From the human T2T-CHM13v2.0 reference genome, Homo sapiens, in contig CP068257.2 in assembly GCA_009914755.4 (NCBI GenBank), positions 21,632,001 to 21,696,000 of the forward strand: a stretch of 64,000 nt of DNA, in the 5' to 3' direction. How positions within the stretch are numbered: the first letter of the stretch is position 1; every line of letters starts with the position of its first letter. Below, in pieces: positions 43,101 to 58,948 of the stretch. The notes under the pieces were generated by a model that was not told the DNA's origin, did no database searches, and saw only the letters and a list, made by a program, of their open reading frames with translations. The position numbers were made by a program, and so were the translations under genes.

Positions 43101-44906
43101 TTCATTCTAGATTTCTTTTGTTTGCAACGATTGAGCAATACCCTTTTTGGTTGCCCATTGATATTGCCCCTCAGAATAATGTTGTAATAGCCATTCCCAT
43201 TGCTCTTGCTGATTATATACATACCCTCCTGTTTGCAATACTTTGTAGCCTCCCATTGCATTAATGTGTCTGCTTTTTTCTTCATGGTTAAGTATTAACA
43301 TGTGGCCTCTATTACTGCAGAATTTTATCATTACTTTTCTCTTAGGAATTCCAGTTCTGTAACAGTATCTCTAATGGGCCGTCATGTCCTACAGAGGACA
43401 GCCAATGCTGAACTTTTAAATGAGTTATTTTAATTGAGTAATAAAAAATCAGACAAAACTACACTTTATGTTTGGAAAATCACTGAGTGGGGATACAAAG
43501 AGAAAATTAAAGAGAAATATTCTTTGTGGAGAAAAATTGGAAAATGTGCCTGATGTATTTAAGAAATAGCAAAAAGGACAATGTAGCTGGCATGAACAAT
43601 CAAAAGAGTAGTAGGCATTGATGCTATACATACATATATATATGTATATAGGTACACAAATACATATATTTATGTACATATGTTTCTGTGCATATGTAAA
43701 GATATCTTTCTGAATCCAGATGCAATATAAAATTAAAGCTCTCACAATTGCTTTCAAAGTTCAACAAGGTCTATACAGACATAAATACATATATTAAAAA
43801 GTATATATACACACACATTTCTCATACAATAAATTTGTATTTTATATATAATATTGTATATTACAAGAAATTAACATATTATTACATGTTATGTATTTAT
43901 TATATATTATTATAAATGTATATGTTCCTGATAGTATACATATTATGTAAAAATATATATACTATGAGAAAAAATATATATGTAGACATTGTGAGAGCTT
44001 GAGAGCCATTGTAGGAACTTTGATTTTATGTTACATGAAGTGTAGAACAGTTCTAGAATTTTGATAAGGTAACTAACATCACTCTTTTAAAAATACTCTT
44101 GTCTCTTATTTTGAGATTATACTGTAGGAAATGATGTGTGGATGTATTAACGTTAATTAAGAACCGAATACAGAAATAAATGAGAAATAACAGAATGTAA
44201 CTTGGATGATAACCTTGGAGTGGATGATTAATCGTCAATAGTTGATTTGATGTCAATAAAAATAATAGGAATAGTAGCTCTATCCCCAAGATATAAAGTC
44301 TGAGAAAAGATTGGATGAGACACAACAATTGACTCTTAGGTATGATTTTTTTCCCTTTTTTTATGGATCCTGAATTTGAAAAACAAAACAAAGCAAAAAG
44401 CAACAAAGAATATTATTGGAACAATTAGGAAAGTTGAAATATGCACTGTATGTTACATAACACCATTGAATTAAGATTCAATTTCCTGAATCAGATATTT
44501 ATTTCATGGTTACATATGATGAATGCCCTTGTTCTTAGGAGATGTTTGATGAAGCATTTCACAATGAAGTGCCACGGTATCTTTAATGAATTCTTAAATG
44601 CGTCAGCAAAAAATAAATAAATAAAATGGATGAGAAGAAAAGGTCAGTACTATTTAGAAATAGAGAAAAATAGAGCAGATGAAATTCACTCTTAGATTGA
44701 ATTTATGCTGCAGGAGAAACAGCATTCAAGAAAAATGATAATGTTTTCAACTGAGCAATACAGAATAAAGTTTCCATCAATAAGATGTAAAAGGATGTGG
44801 GAGGAGATAGGTGTTGAAGGAAGAACAGTACTAGTGTGGTTTTGGAAAATTTAAGTTAAAGCTGCTGATTAAACACTGAATTAGTGACAATAAGTATGTA
44901 GTTATT

Positions 44907-45497
44907 TTTATTTTTTTACTTTTTAAAAGATACATGTGCAGTTTCTCACATGGATGCATTGTGTAATGGTACCATTTAGGCTGCTAGTATACCCATCACC
45001 AAGTTAGTGAACACTGTTCCTAATAGGTAATTTTCAACTTGTATTCCCATCTCATACTCTCCTGCCTTTTGGAGTCCTTGGCATTTATTTTTTCCATCTT
45101 CATGTCCCTGTGTATCAATTGCTTAGGTCCCCATAATAAGTGAGAACATGTAGTATTTGATTTTCTGTTTCTAAGTTATTTCACTTAGGATAATGGCCTC
45201 CAGCTCCATCCATGTTGCTACAGAGGATACAATTTTATTCTTTTTATTGCTGCATAGTATTCTATGATGTATATTTACCACATTTTCTTTATTTAATCAG
45301 CCGTTGATGGACACGTAGGTTGATTCCATGTCTTTGCTACTGTGAATAGTGTTGAGATTATGTATGGATGTAGGTGTCTCTTTTATATAATGATTTCTTT
45401 TGGGTAGATAGTAGTGGGATTGCTGGGTTGAATGGTTGTTATACTTTTAGTTATTTAAGGAATCTTTGTAGTTACTTCTGGAAGTTTGTAGTGAAGG
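44907..45497 (-). mobile_element. L1 (L1P-type) 3' end fragment, antisense, with poly-T and a ~13-bp TSD
   Basis: It is the reverse complement of the L1 3'UTR plus ORF2 end. It begins 'tttactttttaaaagatacatgtgcag...', contains 'cccataataagtgagaacatgtagtatttg' and 'gctgcatagtattctatgatgtatatttaccacattttc', and ends 'gtagtgggattgctgggt'. The flanks are 'aagtatgtagtta' and 'aagtttgtagtga'. Confidence 0.85.
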
Positions 45498-48400
45498 TAA
45501 GTGTTCACAATTAAAAACAAAGATTTGGATATCATTTACGTAGTGATGTTATTTTAGCACAGGCTGCATGAAACCATAAACAGCTTAGAAGAAAACGAAA
45601 ACACAAGAATAAAAACTATTTCCTCAGCTATGATGGTCATTTCTAATTGTAGAAATGAGGTAATAAAAGAAAATTTATGCTCATTTCTAATATTTTAATG
45701 ACAGTATATTCAACTGTCATTTGTAAAATTTTTTATAAAGCCAAATATCTCTTTCCCATAAATGGAGCAGTAGATACGAAATGATAATGAATATTTCAAA
45801 ATTATTAGGGCATTCAGTCAATATTCGAAACTGAGAATAGATATATCAAAACACAAATTAACACACCTATTTTCAGTTTCACCTCACACTATTTCTCTTA
45901 TAACCACAGATATTAGCTATAAAATGAAAATACCCTGAGTGAATCATGGCCCCAATTCCTACTAAGCATGTGGAATGTTTGATATAACTAGTGTATTATT
46001 TCTGATTACTGTTTTGAAACTTACCAATATTAGCAAAAATATTGGAAGTCATGGTTAAACGCAATGATTACTATAAACACATATACACATGAGTAAATAG
46101 TAATGTATATAGATTATCCTATTTATAAAGTGTATCTGGTTACTAACGCTTCCCAATTAAAGATGCTAAGAAATATTTATTGAACACTCATTATAAGCTA
46201 CATTTTATTCTTGATATTTTAGTTTGAAATATGTCCAAGACATGTTTTCTACCTTTGAAAATCTTACAATCTACGACGGGAAGCACATACCTCACTAAAA
46301 ATATCCATATACTAAATACAGTAATAAGAATATTCAAAGTCCTACAAAAATACAAGAAGAACATTTTATTCATTAGAATCGTTTATTCATTAGAATCATA
46401 CATTGCATTCAATTGTTATGTCTCATCCATTATGTAAATGAATAAGAAGGGTAAAATCCTGCCCCTGTCAGAGACCTTGTGAATATACATTTGTGAATAG
46501 TAACTTCATTTCTATTACCCTTACGTTTTAAGTTGTAGCGTTATTTCGAGAGGAATGAATACAAGCATTGAGCAATCAGCCGAACGCATGGGTAATCCTT
46601 TAAGTTCTGAAATCAAGACTCAGGGGCGAGGGCCCTGCTGGAGTTCTATAGAACAGCAACGTGTGTACATACCACCAGTGGCTGAATGACCTAGAGGGGT
46701 TCATGTACAGTTTTCTTTGCAGAATTCTCAGAGGGTTTTCAGCAAAGTTGTAACAACTATGTAACCCAGACCTACATCTCCCCCTTTCTAGTAGATTCAA
46801 AGAAATCTCTATAATCAGTTCCTTGAAATTGGAAGTGAGTCCACTGTGAGAAAATTGATGAATGTTTGTTTACCTGCTGGGTGTAAAAATGGAAAAATAT
46901 CAACCTAAGGAAGTATTTGTTTTAATCTTGTGTTGTGCTTGATGATTATGCAGCAACTGGAAACGGGCTATAGGGCAAGAAATCAGGAGGCAGCCACACA
47001 CTCAGAAGTTCAGTGCTGGCCAACAGATATTTATTTGCTGCCAAAAGATTTCTGCTCACCAGAAAGCAGGGTGGTTCCAGGATATTTATATACCCTACAG
47101 CTGCAGCATGGTTTATAACTCAAATACTGGAGAATCTCCACATCTCTGTATCTCAGGGATACAAATAGAAACATGTTAAAGGAGGATGCTTTTGGACTTT
47201 ATCCTTTTTAAATTATGGCTTAAGCACAAAAATGTTACAAAAAAATGTTTGGGGGTGTGACAAGGAGATTGGGGGCTACTGCACACTTATTAAGTTATGA
47301 GACTTCAAGTATTCCAGAAAGCTTCATGTTTATTATAAGCCTATTGGCGTATGTTATGAAAAAGTTACATACTCTGTTTAAATATTGTATAACTCAGTTC
47401 TATCTTATTGTTACATATTCAAACATAGAAAGGAAAGTGTCTTTCAAGAGGTCAAAGAAAACAAAAACTTCAAGAGGTCAAAGAAAACAAAAATGTTAAC
47501 TTAGAAAAGTAGACCACCAATTCTAGGGCAAGAAAAGTTACAAGCTTGAGTATGCTGCAGGTGGGTTTTCAATGTATATGGAAGTAGTTTCCATGTCTCA
47601 AGCAATGAAAATAAATATAATTTAAAATAGACAGAGGTTTCACATGGCAGGGAGAAATTGAGTCCATCGAAACCATAAAAAGTGCAAACAGAAGATAAAA
47701 GGAATGTACGTGTGTCTAAGAGAACTGTGCCATTCAGCAGCCACTAAAACACCACCACTTAGGAACAAGGCAGAATGTAAATTCCACATGGGCATAGAGA
47801 TTTGTTCATTGCTATGTCAGTAGCACTTAAAATAGTATGTGGCTTACATGTTGCTAAGTACATATTTGTGGAATATTTGAATTAATGAAGAAAGATGGGA
47901 TGAGTGTTTACAGAGGAACATAAAAAAGAAACATTTTAATAATATAAAAAAGCTTTGTCTATTTGAAAGTAAATTAAACATAAATACCAAGTTGAGTCTA
48001 GGGACATGTTAGATAAGGTGCTTAAAGTTTGTTTGAGGTGCTGCTGAATCCCCCATCACCATCTATCTGGGCAGAGACACAGAATTCACAATTACTCTGG
48101 ACCTATGTTTCCTTACCTTAGTGCAAACCATTCTATCGAACTGCTATTTTTATAACAATATCTTCTGTTTCTCTTAAAACTTACTGTGTATTTCATTCAC
48201 TTAGAGTTTGGTTAACTAACTAATTAGATATAAACCATTATCACTATGTTGATATGACTGACATTTAAAAATGTAATTGGCTCTCCCTGGTTTATATGTC
48301 CACAAACGATTTGATATAAAGATGGATAGATGAATGATTAATGATAGATAGAAAGATAAATTGATATAGATAGATAAATGATAGATATAAACATATAAGT

Positions 48401-49258
48401 AGACTCAAATATTTAGGGGTCTTCAAACTTGCAAAACTGAAATGAAGAATAAAGCTATCTCCAGCCCTCTAGGAGGCTATTTAGGAATAGCTTTATTAAA
48501 AGTTATTTTCAGATATTTTTATACTGAATTTATATCCATAGACACATAAAAAGTGATACTATGCTAATATTGATAGTAATGTAAAGTTCAAGTCTTTTCA
48601 GATCATTTTTACTCTGCATAATGAGCCTAGAATAAAAGAGAAACTCCAGAGTTAAAATGGATGTAAAGTTCTAGATCATAGTAAGAATAAAATACTTTTC
48701 CTATAATAGGCCATTATGCCAAGGGAATGGTCTTACTTATTGTTGCACAAGTGTCTTGAAAAGGACTTATGGCTATATTTCCTCTAGGGATTTCATCATT
48801 TCAGATTACAAAAATTCATTAATCTCCAAAGTCCTAAATATTGTCATTTTTGTAAATAAGTACTCACAGAGCATCCCAGATACAATGTCATAGCTTGACC
48901 AGAAATTAGTAGTCGTTTATATCTTTTTATTCTTACCCATTTAGTGGATCATTGAGAAAGTTCAGTGCCAAGAGATCAGCCATGTCAACAATGGCCCTAG
49001 AGTTAAGGGGGTTTCTCTCAGAATTATAACACCTACTTTCTAAATTTGGACCAGTATCTTTTCCATTCTAATAGTGGTTTTCAAACTTCTCTAAGACCAC
49101 CAGAAAAAGAAATTAGTGGGATCAGGATTCTGGAGCTTCTGAGCCCTCTGGCCCTGGTTCCGCTGGACATATTTTATTCTATCCCATATCTAGCTTTTAT
49201 GATAAATTTTGCTAAGAAAAGGTTTATCTTACTAAAATCTTCAAAAATCTTATATACT

Positions 49259-49622
49259 GGTAATATGGTTTGGCTGTGTCCCCACCCACAACTTATCTTG
49301 AATTGTAATTCCCAAGTGTTGTAGGAAGGACCCAGTAGGAGGTGATTGAATCATGGGGGTGAGTATTTCCTGTGCTGTTCTTGTGATAGTAAATAAGTCT
49401 CATGAAATTAGATGGCTTTATAAAGGGCATTTCCCCTGCGCACACCGTCTTGCCTGCCACCATGTAAGATGTGCCTTTGCTCCTCCTTTGCCTTCCACTA
49501 TAATATTGAGGCCCCTTCAGCCATGTGGAACAGTAAGTACGTTATGTTAAACATCTTTCTCTTTATGAATTACCCAGTCTCAGGTATTTCTTCAGAGCAG
49601 TATGAAAATTGATTAATACAAG
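49259..49622 (+). mobile_element. Solo THE1-type MaLR LTR, sense
   Basis: It begins 'taatatggtttggctgtgtccccacccacaacttatcttgaattgtaattccc' and ends 'ttacccagtctcaggtatttcttcagagcagtatgaaaattgattaatacaag'. Confidence 0.8.
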
Positions 49623-50874
49623 TAAAAAACAAATATTAAGTAAAATGAATAGTACTTAATATAATTCCTCCTTTTAAGACAGAAAACACCCCCTCAAGAT
49701 GGATGCATAGAGGAAACTAAATAATATCCCTAAAAATGGTGGCAAAAATGTTTCCTGTTAACTATTAGAGTGAATCCTGAATATTTGACTCTAAAATTCT
49801 GTTTTTCATCAGTAAAAGAGATCAGTAGATTATATCAATTGGAAAAGATTTCACGAGAAAGCACATTGGAAAATAATCTCAGGTGGTAGTGGCAGTCCAG
49901 ATGAATATAAACCAAAAACATTGTAGTTGAGCTTCCAATGCAAAGAAGAAAGTAGCTGGTAAGGAGACTCCAAGCACTGTTTAAAAATTAAGCAAGAAAG
50001 AAGGTGTGAAACAAATGAGATCAAAAGTCTGTGAATATAAATAATTTAAGTGTCATGAGAAGAAACATGTTTTGTGTGATCTAGTGTTTCACTAGGGTTA
50101 TGGATAACATAGGAAATGTATCACAAATCATACTTTTTATTTCCAGATGGTTTGGCTTCTGATTCCTTGTGTAAATCATTTCCAAAATCTCTAGACCAGA
50201 TTCCTACACCAAACACAAGCCTACCAGTTGTTCATTTGGTCCCTCATCCTTACTTAGTGGCTAATGCAGAACTACATAATCTATGGAAAGCATAGTCTAC
50301 TCTCTATGACTCGATACTCATCCAAATTGTACCCGCTTGTTATTTTCACACAAGATGAAGCACAAGGTTCTATCTCCTTTAGAAATGGTTGTTCTAATTC
50401 AAGTCCACTTGCTTATGGGATTCTATAATATCATTCATTAGCCCAGTCTCTGGACAAGGATTCAGGAATCCTTAGGGCCATCGAATATTTTAATTGTGAT
50501 ATTAACTCATATAACTTCAGATAATTTATCAGTTATTTTTCTTAAAATAACTTATTTTTCCTGAGTATAAAATTTCATTGAAGAATTCCACCTGCAGCCA
50601 TGACAAAGTCATTCGCACTAGATTGGTTACCGTAAATGTTAACTATAAAAACATATGAGGAAATTATTTTTAGAGATTGAACAAGTTTCACTAGATTGTA
50701 CTCTTTGTCAAAAGTATCTACTTGACATGAACCCCATGGTTATTCCTCAGTAGATATGGCATTCTCCCTGTCGGTCCTTTAGAGCTGAAAGCAGAGATAT
50801 AAACCCCAAATGGATGACCACTTTGCTGAGTTTAGGAGGCTGCTGCAGCTGATGGAATTTGTAGGGCAGAACAT

Positions 50875-51037
50875 GTAGGGGAGGGATAGCAGTGGGTGAT
50901 ATACCTAATGCTAGATGACGAGTTAGTGGGTGCAGCACACCAGCATGGCACATGTATACGTATGTAACTAACCTGCACAATGTGCACATGTACCCTAAAA
51001 CTTAAAGTATAATAATTAAAAAAATAAAAAAAAAATA
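50875..51037 (+). mobile_element. Extremely 5'-truncated L1PA-type 3' terminus (~160 bp) with poly-A
   Basis: It reads 'gggagggatagcagtgggtgatatacctaatgctagatgacgagttagtgggtgcagcacaccagcatggcacatgtatacgtatgtaactaacctgcacaatgtgcacatgtaccctaaaacttaaagtataataattaaaaaaataaaaaaaaaa'. Confidence 0.85.
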
Positions 51038-52909
51038 AGAAGACGGAGCTGCATGAAGTGATAGGGTAGGATCCCAGGCTCTTCACAGAATATATGAGGG
51101 GTTCCTGGTTAAAGTAGGAACTATGTCTGCAGAGTTGGAGACTCTAAAGGGATATAGGTATGCTAAAATTTTCCTCAGCTCCATGAAAATGTTTCATTGT
51201 AAAGGAAACACAACAGCAGGGTTACCCACAGCAGCTCCAGCACATCCGTTACACAGAGGCAGCTGAAGCAATGCGTTGCTGTTGTGTCCTAGATATTTAA
51301 GAATAATCTAAGACAAATATACCAACAAGAAAAAGGAAGTAGGAATAAGCCACATAATACATGTTAAATGACTAAAGAAGATATTTACAAATAGATAGCA
51401 ATGCATCAGAATTATGAGACAATATGGTTAAATGGTATTAAAATTTATGAAATAGTGCATAGGATAAACAAGAATAAATCAATTATCAGAGAACATAATT
51501 GGAATGAGAGATGTTTTCCACAACAAAAACATTCAAAAAATATAATTTTTTTTTTAAAAAATATGAGCTACGGAGTTGATTTTAAAGCTCTATGTAATGT
51601 TCCAGACTGAGTTAGGCAGAATTTTAACAATTACCCCAACACTCCACTCCATGGTCTATACCACCTGTCCAATGTTCTACCCTTGAATATCGATGGATCT
51701 GTGATTTAATAAGATATGGCCACATTATATGAGAAAGGTAAAGGAATTTGCAAATGTAATTGAGATTTCTAAAACAGTTAGCTTCCAGGTTTTATCAAAT
51801 GGTGATTATTTGGGGTGAGGCAAACCCAGTGGGTTGGAAGAAGAAGCATATTCCCTTTGTAGCATTTTAGAGAGGGATGTGGCAAGAAACTGGGAGTGGC
51901 CTCTAGCAGCTGAGTACTTCAGTTCTATACTTAAGGGACTGCTGCCGAAAATGACTTATCTTGAAAGAGGACAGAGACTCAGACAAGACTGCAGATCTGG
52001 CTGACACTTTGATTTCAGCCTGGTGAGATCCTGAGTCAACCCTGTGCAGGTTCCTGGCCTCCTGTCAGTCAGACAGCTCTCCATGGAAAATGTTCCTCCA
52101 CATGACTCAACTATTCTGGTATCCTCATATTCTTATATCGGAGCAGATCTGCACCAAGGAGAAGCAAGGCACAATCTAATCACCATTCAAGCAAAGTTTC
52201 TATGAGAAAACAGGAAGCATGCCAGAAGCTGCACCAACAGAATATTTCCCAGTTTAACATTTTAAATATATCTCCTCCACAGAATATATTATTGGAGCTT
52301 TTTAAAATAAACTGAGATATCCAAAAGAATCATGTTACAAAGTTCAATTTTGCTAATATTCAAATCTAGTCCTTTGTAGAAAGACATTCAAAAACTCAAG
52401 TTACACTAAAAAAAAATGCATCAGAGCAGAAAAACAATTTATACCTAGATGTGAAAAAATTGTAACAAAGAATTTATAAGAAAGACAGTCTTTTGGGAAA
52501 ATTGAAAAATCATAGAGTCAAATAAAAATTATAAAAACGGCAAAGTAAACAAACCATGAGATACCGTTTCCACAGAGCAGAATAGAAAAAATGACTACAA
52601 CCTGAAAGTATATACTTTCACACATATACAATATAAGTATGTCAATCACAGCTGTTTCAAATACTGAAAAGTCAGAACAATTCCCTAATACAGGTGATTA
52701 CTATAGGAGAATCATTAAACATTGGAATTAATACATTCATGGAAAGACAGGCAAGCATGTGTAGACAAACTAATAGAAAAAAATTTCCCCAAACATTGTT
52801 AATTGACAAAACAAGTCACTACAAAGTAAATTAAATGTAATTCAAAATAAAACATAAAAACCAAGTCTACTATGAGTATAAATATTTTGGAACTATATAA
52901 AAATAATGA

Positions 52910-53267
<358 letters not shown>

Positions 53268-54101
53268 AAAGATGTGTGTTTTAATTCAGAATACTTCTTG
53301 ATATATGCTTGGATCTTTTTCAACAAAATGCACTCCTATGTTACTTGAGTAAATTACAAAATTAAAATAATCTAGACATTTAAATTTGAAAATGTGCTTT
53401 TCAGCCATTTTGGAGATCAAATACTGTCAAATTGAAGTTCCTTTGCAAATGAAAAACAACAATAAACTCAAATGATATCATAATGGGTGAAATAAAGCAA
53501 TGTGGCCTGACAATTGTCATCGTTAACATTTATAGTTTCTTGTAAGAGTTGTGCTTATTTACCAGATAAACAAGACAAATTTAAATAAATATGAAATAAA
53601 TTATGCATATTGTAATTGTTGAGCTGATTTGGAGTTTTATGCCAATATTATCTATGTATTTATCTTACTGTATTATGAATCCTCATATTGATTACAACTA
53701 CTTGAAGCAGGCCAGCTTCTTTATATTGGAGGTCTGTTAGTATAGGATTCGACAGGAAAATAATTATTATTAATTAACATACAAATAAAATATCAGAGGA
53801 TGAAGTATCAAATCAGAAGACACAGTACTCAGATGTCAGTTGTCAAACAAACCTGGGAGGCTGATAATCACAGTTGAATTAAACAAGGAAGAGAAGGTGA
53901 AGTAAACGTTGTTAACCACAAACCAAAAGAATGCAGTGTAGGAATCCTGCTGACCAAGAGCCTGGGGATATTGGAAGAGAAACCAAGGCATAGGAAAACT
54001 GGGCAATACGACAAAATACAATCCCCAAATCTTAAAGAGCGAGGCATAAACAGAGTCCTAGTAATCCATACCAATAGAGACAAGAAGTCCTGGCTGGGCG
54101 T

Positions 54102-54391
<290 letters not shown>

Positions 54392-57300
54392 GTCCTATGT
54401 TGTCCATGTGGCCATTAACAGCAACAGAAGACAGTGTGTTGGTCACTCATTCCAGAGCAGTTGTTATCTGTTCCGTCCTGAACTTGTGTTCGCTTCTTGT
54501 GAGGACTCTCATAGATGATGGTTGTTTGGTGGAAGGTGGCTTGCAGTAGATTTCTGTGATTTCTGGCTTTTCAATTTTTTAAACTTTCATTTTAGATTTG
54601 GGGGTACATGTGAAGGTTTGCTACATAGGTAAACACATGTCACAGGGTTTTTCTACTGTTAGGCACTGGGCTTAATACCTGGCTGATGGGATTCCTGGCC
54701 TTTTAAAGTAGAAGCAGCAGCAGCTGATATTTCCTGAGAGTTTTGATCCTTGATCACTTGTGTCTTCTCTACAACATTGCCTACCAGAGCTTGGACCTGT
54801 AGGCCAGGTTCTAAATATGCTTTAAAAAAGAGTAAAAAAGTACCCATTTCTGTTTTTTCACAAACATATACATACGCACATGTGCGTGCACACACAAACA
54901 CACACACACCCACACACGCTTAGTGGAGAGAGCAAAAGAGAGAGAGCAAAAATAATCATTAATAAATTGCATTAGTTAAAAAAAAATTCTTTCTATATTT
55001 CCACAGTACAAATCGTTAAATGAGTACTGGGAATGCTTTCTCACTTGCTAACATTAAAATTATGAAGGTATTTTAGAACTTTAAGAGCAAGACATTTTAG
55101 AAAATAATTTTCAGAATTCTCCAGTATTCTCCATACATAGTAAACTCGTTAAATATATTGAGTAAATAATTGTTTCAAGATATAAATACTTATATTATTT
55201 TGTTGTTGTAGTTTTCTCTTTTTGTAAGCCTACTAGTCAGAATAAAATCACCTTACATCCAGTTCTTCAAATTTTAGAATTGAGAATATTTAGTGGCGTT
55301 CCAGTGCAGCGTTGAAATGTGCGTTGAAATTTAAGCTTTCTCAAAAAGAAGGAAATAACGATTTTCTCATCTATATATATCCCTTAAGTAGGAGATACCT
55401 CATTTGAGTAGCAAATTCTGAAGAAATACTGAATGTAAAATGCTATTTGTTAAATATGGAGAAACTGGACCCTGATAGGGAAAGTCTTATTTAAAACTTC
55501 AAAAATTTCAGCAGTATTGACAGTGAAAGATATGAGCTAGACAGAATGTAAAATGGTAATCAACTAAAACACTTCAGGCTGCAAGCTGTGGCTTCAGAAC
55601 AAGTTCAAACTGCTTTTCAAACTCTACATTGGCTTTTACTATATGTGCCCTCAGCGCCTCAAACTATCTGAGCATCTGATAAGAAATAGAAGCACTAAGT
55701 TGGTCTGTCCTGATTCTTGTGTACAATTTTTTTGTCAGGGAAAATAGCAACCAATCTTGTACACCCAGATTTGTGTTCCTTCTTCCGTGTAATCAAACTC
55801 AGAAAGTCAACTAAATAAACAGACGCCTTATTTTCTTTACATATTATTTACTTCTACATTAAAATAATACTTCTTCATTTAAAAATGTTTCCCTGATCTT
55901 TGTAAAAGATTAAAATTTTAACTAAACTATAGATCAACTGAAGCCCAAAATACAAGTGAGTAAGGAATACAGCCACCTATATTGAGGAGAAAAAGAAAAT
56001 GGGTGATGCTGAATATTGCAAAGTGCAAATTGGCAGTGTACTCTCCATTATCTTTGTTAATGGGGCAACGTGGTGGCCCAGTCATCTGGGCCATCTATAG
56101 TAAGTCCTCTAATGGTTTATTTCCTTTAGCCTGTGATATATTATTTTATTTTGTTCCTGTGTATGTATTCCTTTAATTATATTTTAACACTACATTATTA
56201 AAATAAATGTGCATTCCTTGAACACACACTGGGCATTGAGGAAGAAAGTCTGTATGTGAAAGGCTGTTGAATAGAAAGTGGAGGATATTCCACCACTAAA
56301 ATTTTATTATTTTAATCCAGAATACAGATAATCAACTCTTGAATAAATATAAGATAATGGCATTACTTAATTGATGCATTTGTATATTGAATGACTTTAT
56401 ATGAACTGAGAAGACGTATTTTGAATCTTATAAATGCCCTTCATGGCTTTCGATGAAACTAGATTAGAAAGAAGGCACATCAACTGTAGCAGAATATATT
56501 TCACATACGAACACAGAAACACATGGATAAACAAAAATAATGAATAGCTCGCAGTAGTAAAAAAAAATACTATGTCTTCAAAACACTTAAGGGTATACAC
56601 ATAGGCAGAGAAATGGAAACAGAATCAGTAGTAGAAGTAAAGAAGAGCTAAATCACTCAGTCTTGTATGCCATTTAAGATGTGTGAACTTTACAATAAAG
56701 TAATAGAATATAGAGTAAATTATAGTTCAGTTAAGAATCATCAACGAATTTTCATTCCAAATAGTCAAAGTATGATCAGTAACCCAATATTAATATTGTC
56801 TCAAATATCTCCTCTAAACTTATTTAGTAACTGCAAATGAACTTAAAAAAGTATTAACTAAGGAATAGAGTAACTGTACAATTATTTAACTATATGATCA
56901 AAATTAAAATGACAAGTAAGACTGAGGGGATCTTGTGCCTCTGGAGGTGTTACACTAAAAGAACAAAGTATCATTTATAAAATATTGTAGCCAAAAATTA
57001 ATAACAAACTTAATCACGAGAAAACATTAGAAAATCCAAAATTAAGAAAAAGAGTTTTGTTTGTATTTTTCAAAAATGTCACACGTATGAAAGACAAATG
57101 ATAAGAACACTTTTCAGATTAAAAAAATACTGAAGAGAATGACAACTAAATTTAGCAAAGGATACTAGACATGAACGGGTGCTGGGATAAACAATTACTT
57201 TAAAGGACATTCTTATTATTATAAAGCAAGTGACATATTTAAAATAGAACTTTCAATGATTAGATGCTAACATTGAATCAAATATACATTTACTGACTTT

Positions 57301-57611
57301 TAAAATTATACTGTTATAAAAGAAAATATTATTCTCAGAAAATACACAGCGAAGGCTGAGGGGTGACGATGCATGATGCATGCACTCTGCTCTAAAAGTT
57401 TTCATAACAAATAATATGGAGGAGGAAAGAGAAAGAGAATGATAAAGCAACTCAGGCACAGATGTTAAAATCTTGGAGAAAACAGTATATGGAAAATTTC
57501 ACAATTTCTTTGCAAAATCTCCGTAAATTTAAAATTATTTCACAATAAAATATTTTAAATATTCTGAACAACAAACATAAAAGTTTTCTTCAAAGAGTTA
57601 AAATGTTATGA

Positions 57612-57922
<311 letters not shown>

Positions 57923-58948
57923 AAAATGTGATTATTTTAAAATATTACCCTGGGTGTAGTGAGGAGGACAAATTAGAAGAGTTTTTATCTGATTACAGGC
58001 AGACCAGTTGTGAAGGTCTAGTAGTTATTTAGGCGAGTGATGACTGTGTCTTTTCATACTTCATTGAGAGCAGTGATGGATAGAGGCAGAAGAAAGAACT
58101 TGGTGATATACAAGCAATTGAAAAAGGGGGAGGGTTGTAAAGAAGGTATTGTGTAGATGGTACAATCAATGCAGTAGGGATCCAAGAAGGAATTAGGTTA
58201 GCTTGGAATGTGAAATGCCTATAGAACTATTACATGATAATATCTAATAGCCATTTACGTATACTGATTTGTAACTCAGGGGACAAATAATAGTGGAAAT
58301 ATAGTTTGAGGTTCATATTTTGTCACCAAGAGCACACTTTATTCTGTGATAAACATTAGAGTTTTAGCATTTGTCCATGGAAAAAGTGGGAAGCAAATGA
58401 TTATGGAAGACAAACAAAAGAAGAATTTCAAGAAGGAAGAGGTATTCAGATTTGTTATAAACACGGCAAAAGTCAGGTAAGATCAATGCATTACTTTGCT
58501 AGGATTGTTGTAAAGAAGTATGACAAACTGAATTGCTTAAACAATAGAAACTTAGCATTTCACAGTTCTGGAGGCTCAATGTCCAAGATCAAGGCATTGT
58601 CAAAAGGGTTGGTTCCTTTTAAGGGGGTCAAAGAAAGCTCAGTGTCAGGTCTATCTCCTGGGCTTACTGATATCCATCTTCTTCCTTGCCTCTTCACATC
58701 CTCCTCCATCCATGGGTATTTGGGTTCAAATTTTCTCTTTCTATAAGAACACCAGTCATGCTGGACTAGGCACCCAACCTACTCTGGTATGAACTCATCT
58801 CAAATCATTACATCTGCAATGAACTTATTTACAAATAAATTCACTCTGCAAAGTACTAGAGATTAGAACATCAACCTGTGAATTTGGGGGATACAATCCA
58901 ACTCATAAAAATCAGAAATAAAATATTTTTTGGGTTGACCAAGGAGGG

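Noticed and set aside
46440-47120. Moderately GC-rich patch with 'gcagcaaataaatatctg' (minus-strand AATAAA) suggestive of another LTR
   Set aside because: There are no recognizable LTR termini or consensus blocks, and a single poly-A-signal-like hexamer is not evidence.
47800-47900. Possible MIR-like tail ('...agcacttaaaatagtatgtggcttacatgttgctaagtacatatttgtggaatatttgaattaatgaag')
   Set aside because: It only loosely resembles the MIR 3' region. It is too diverged to call without a profile search.
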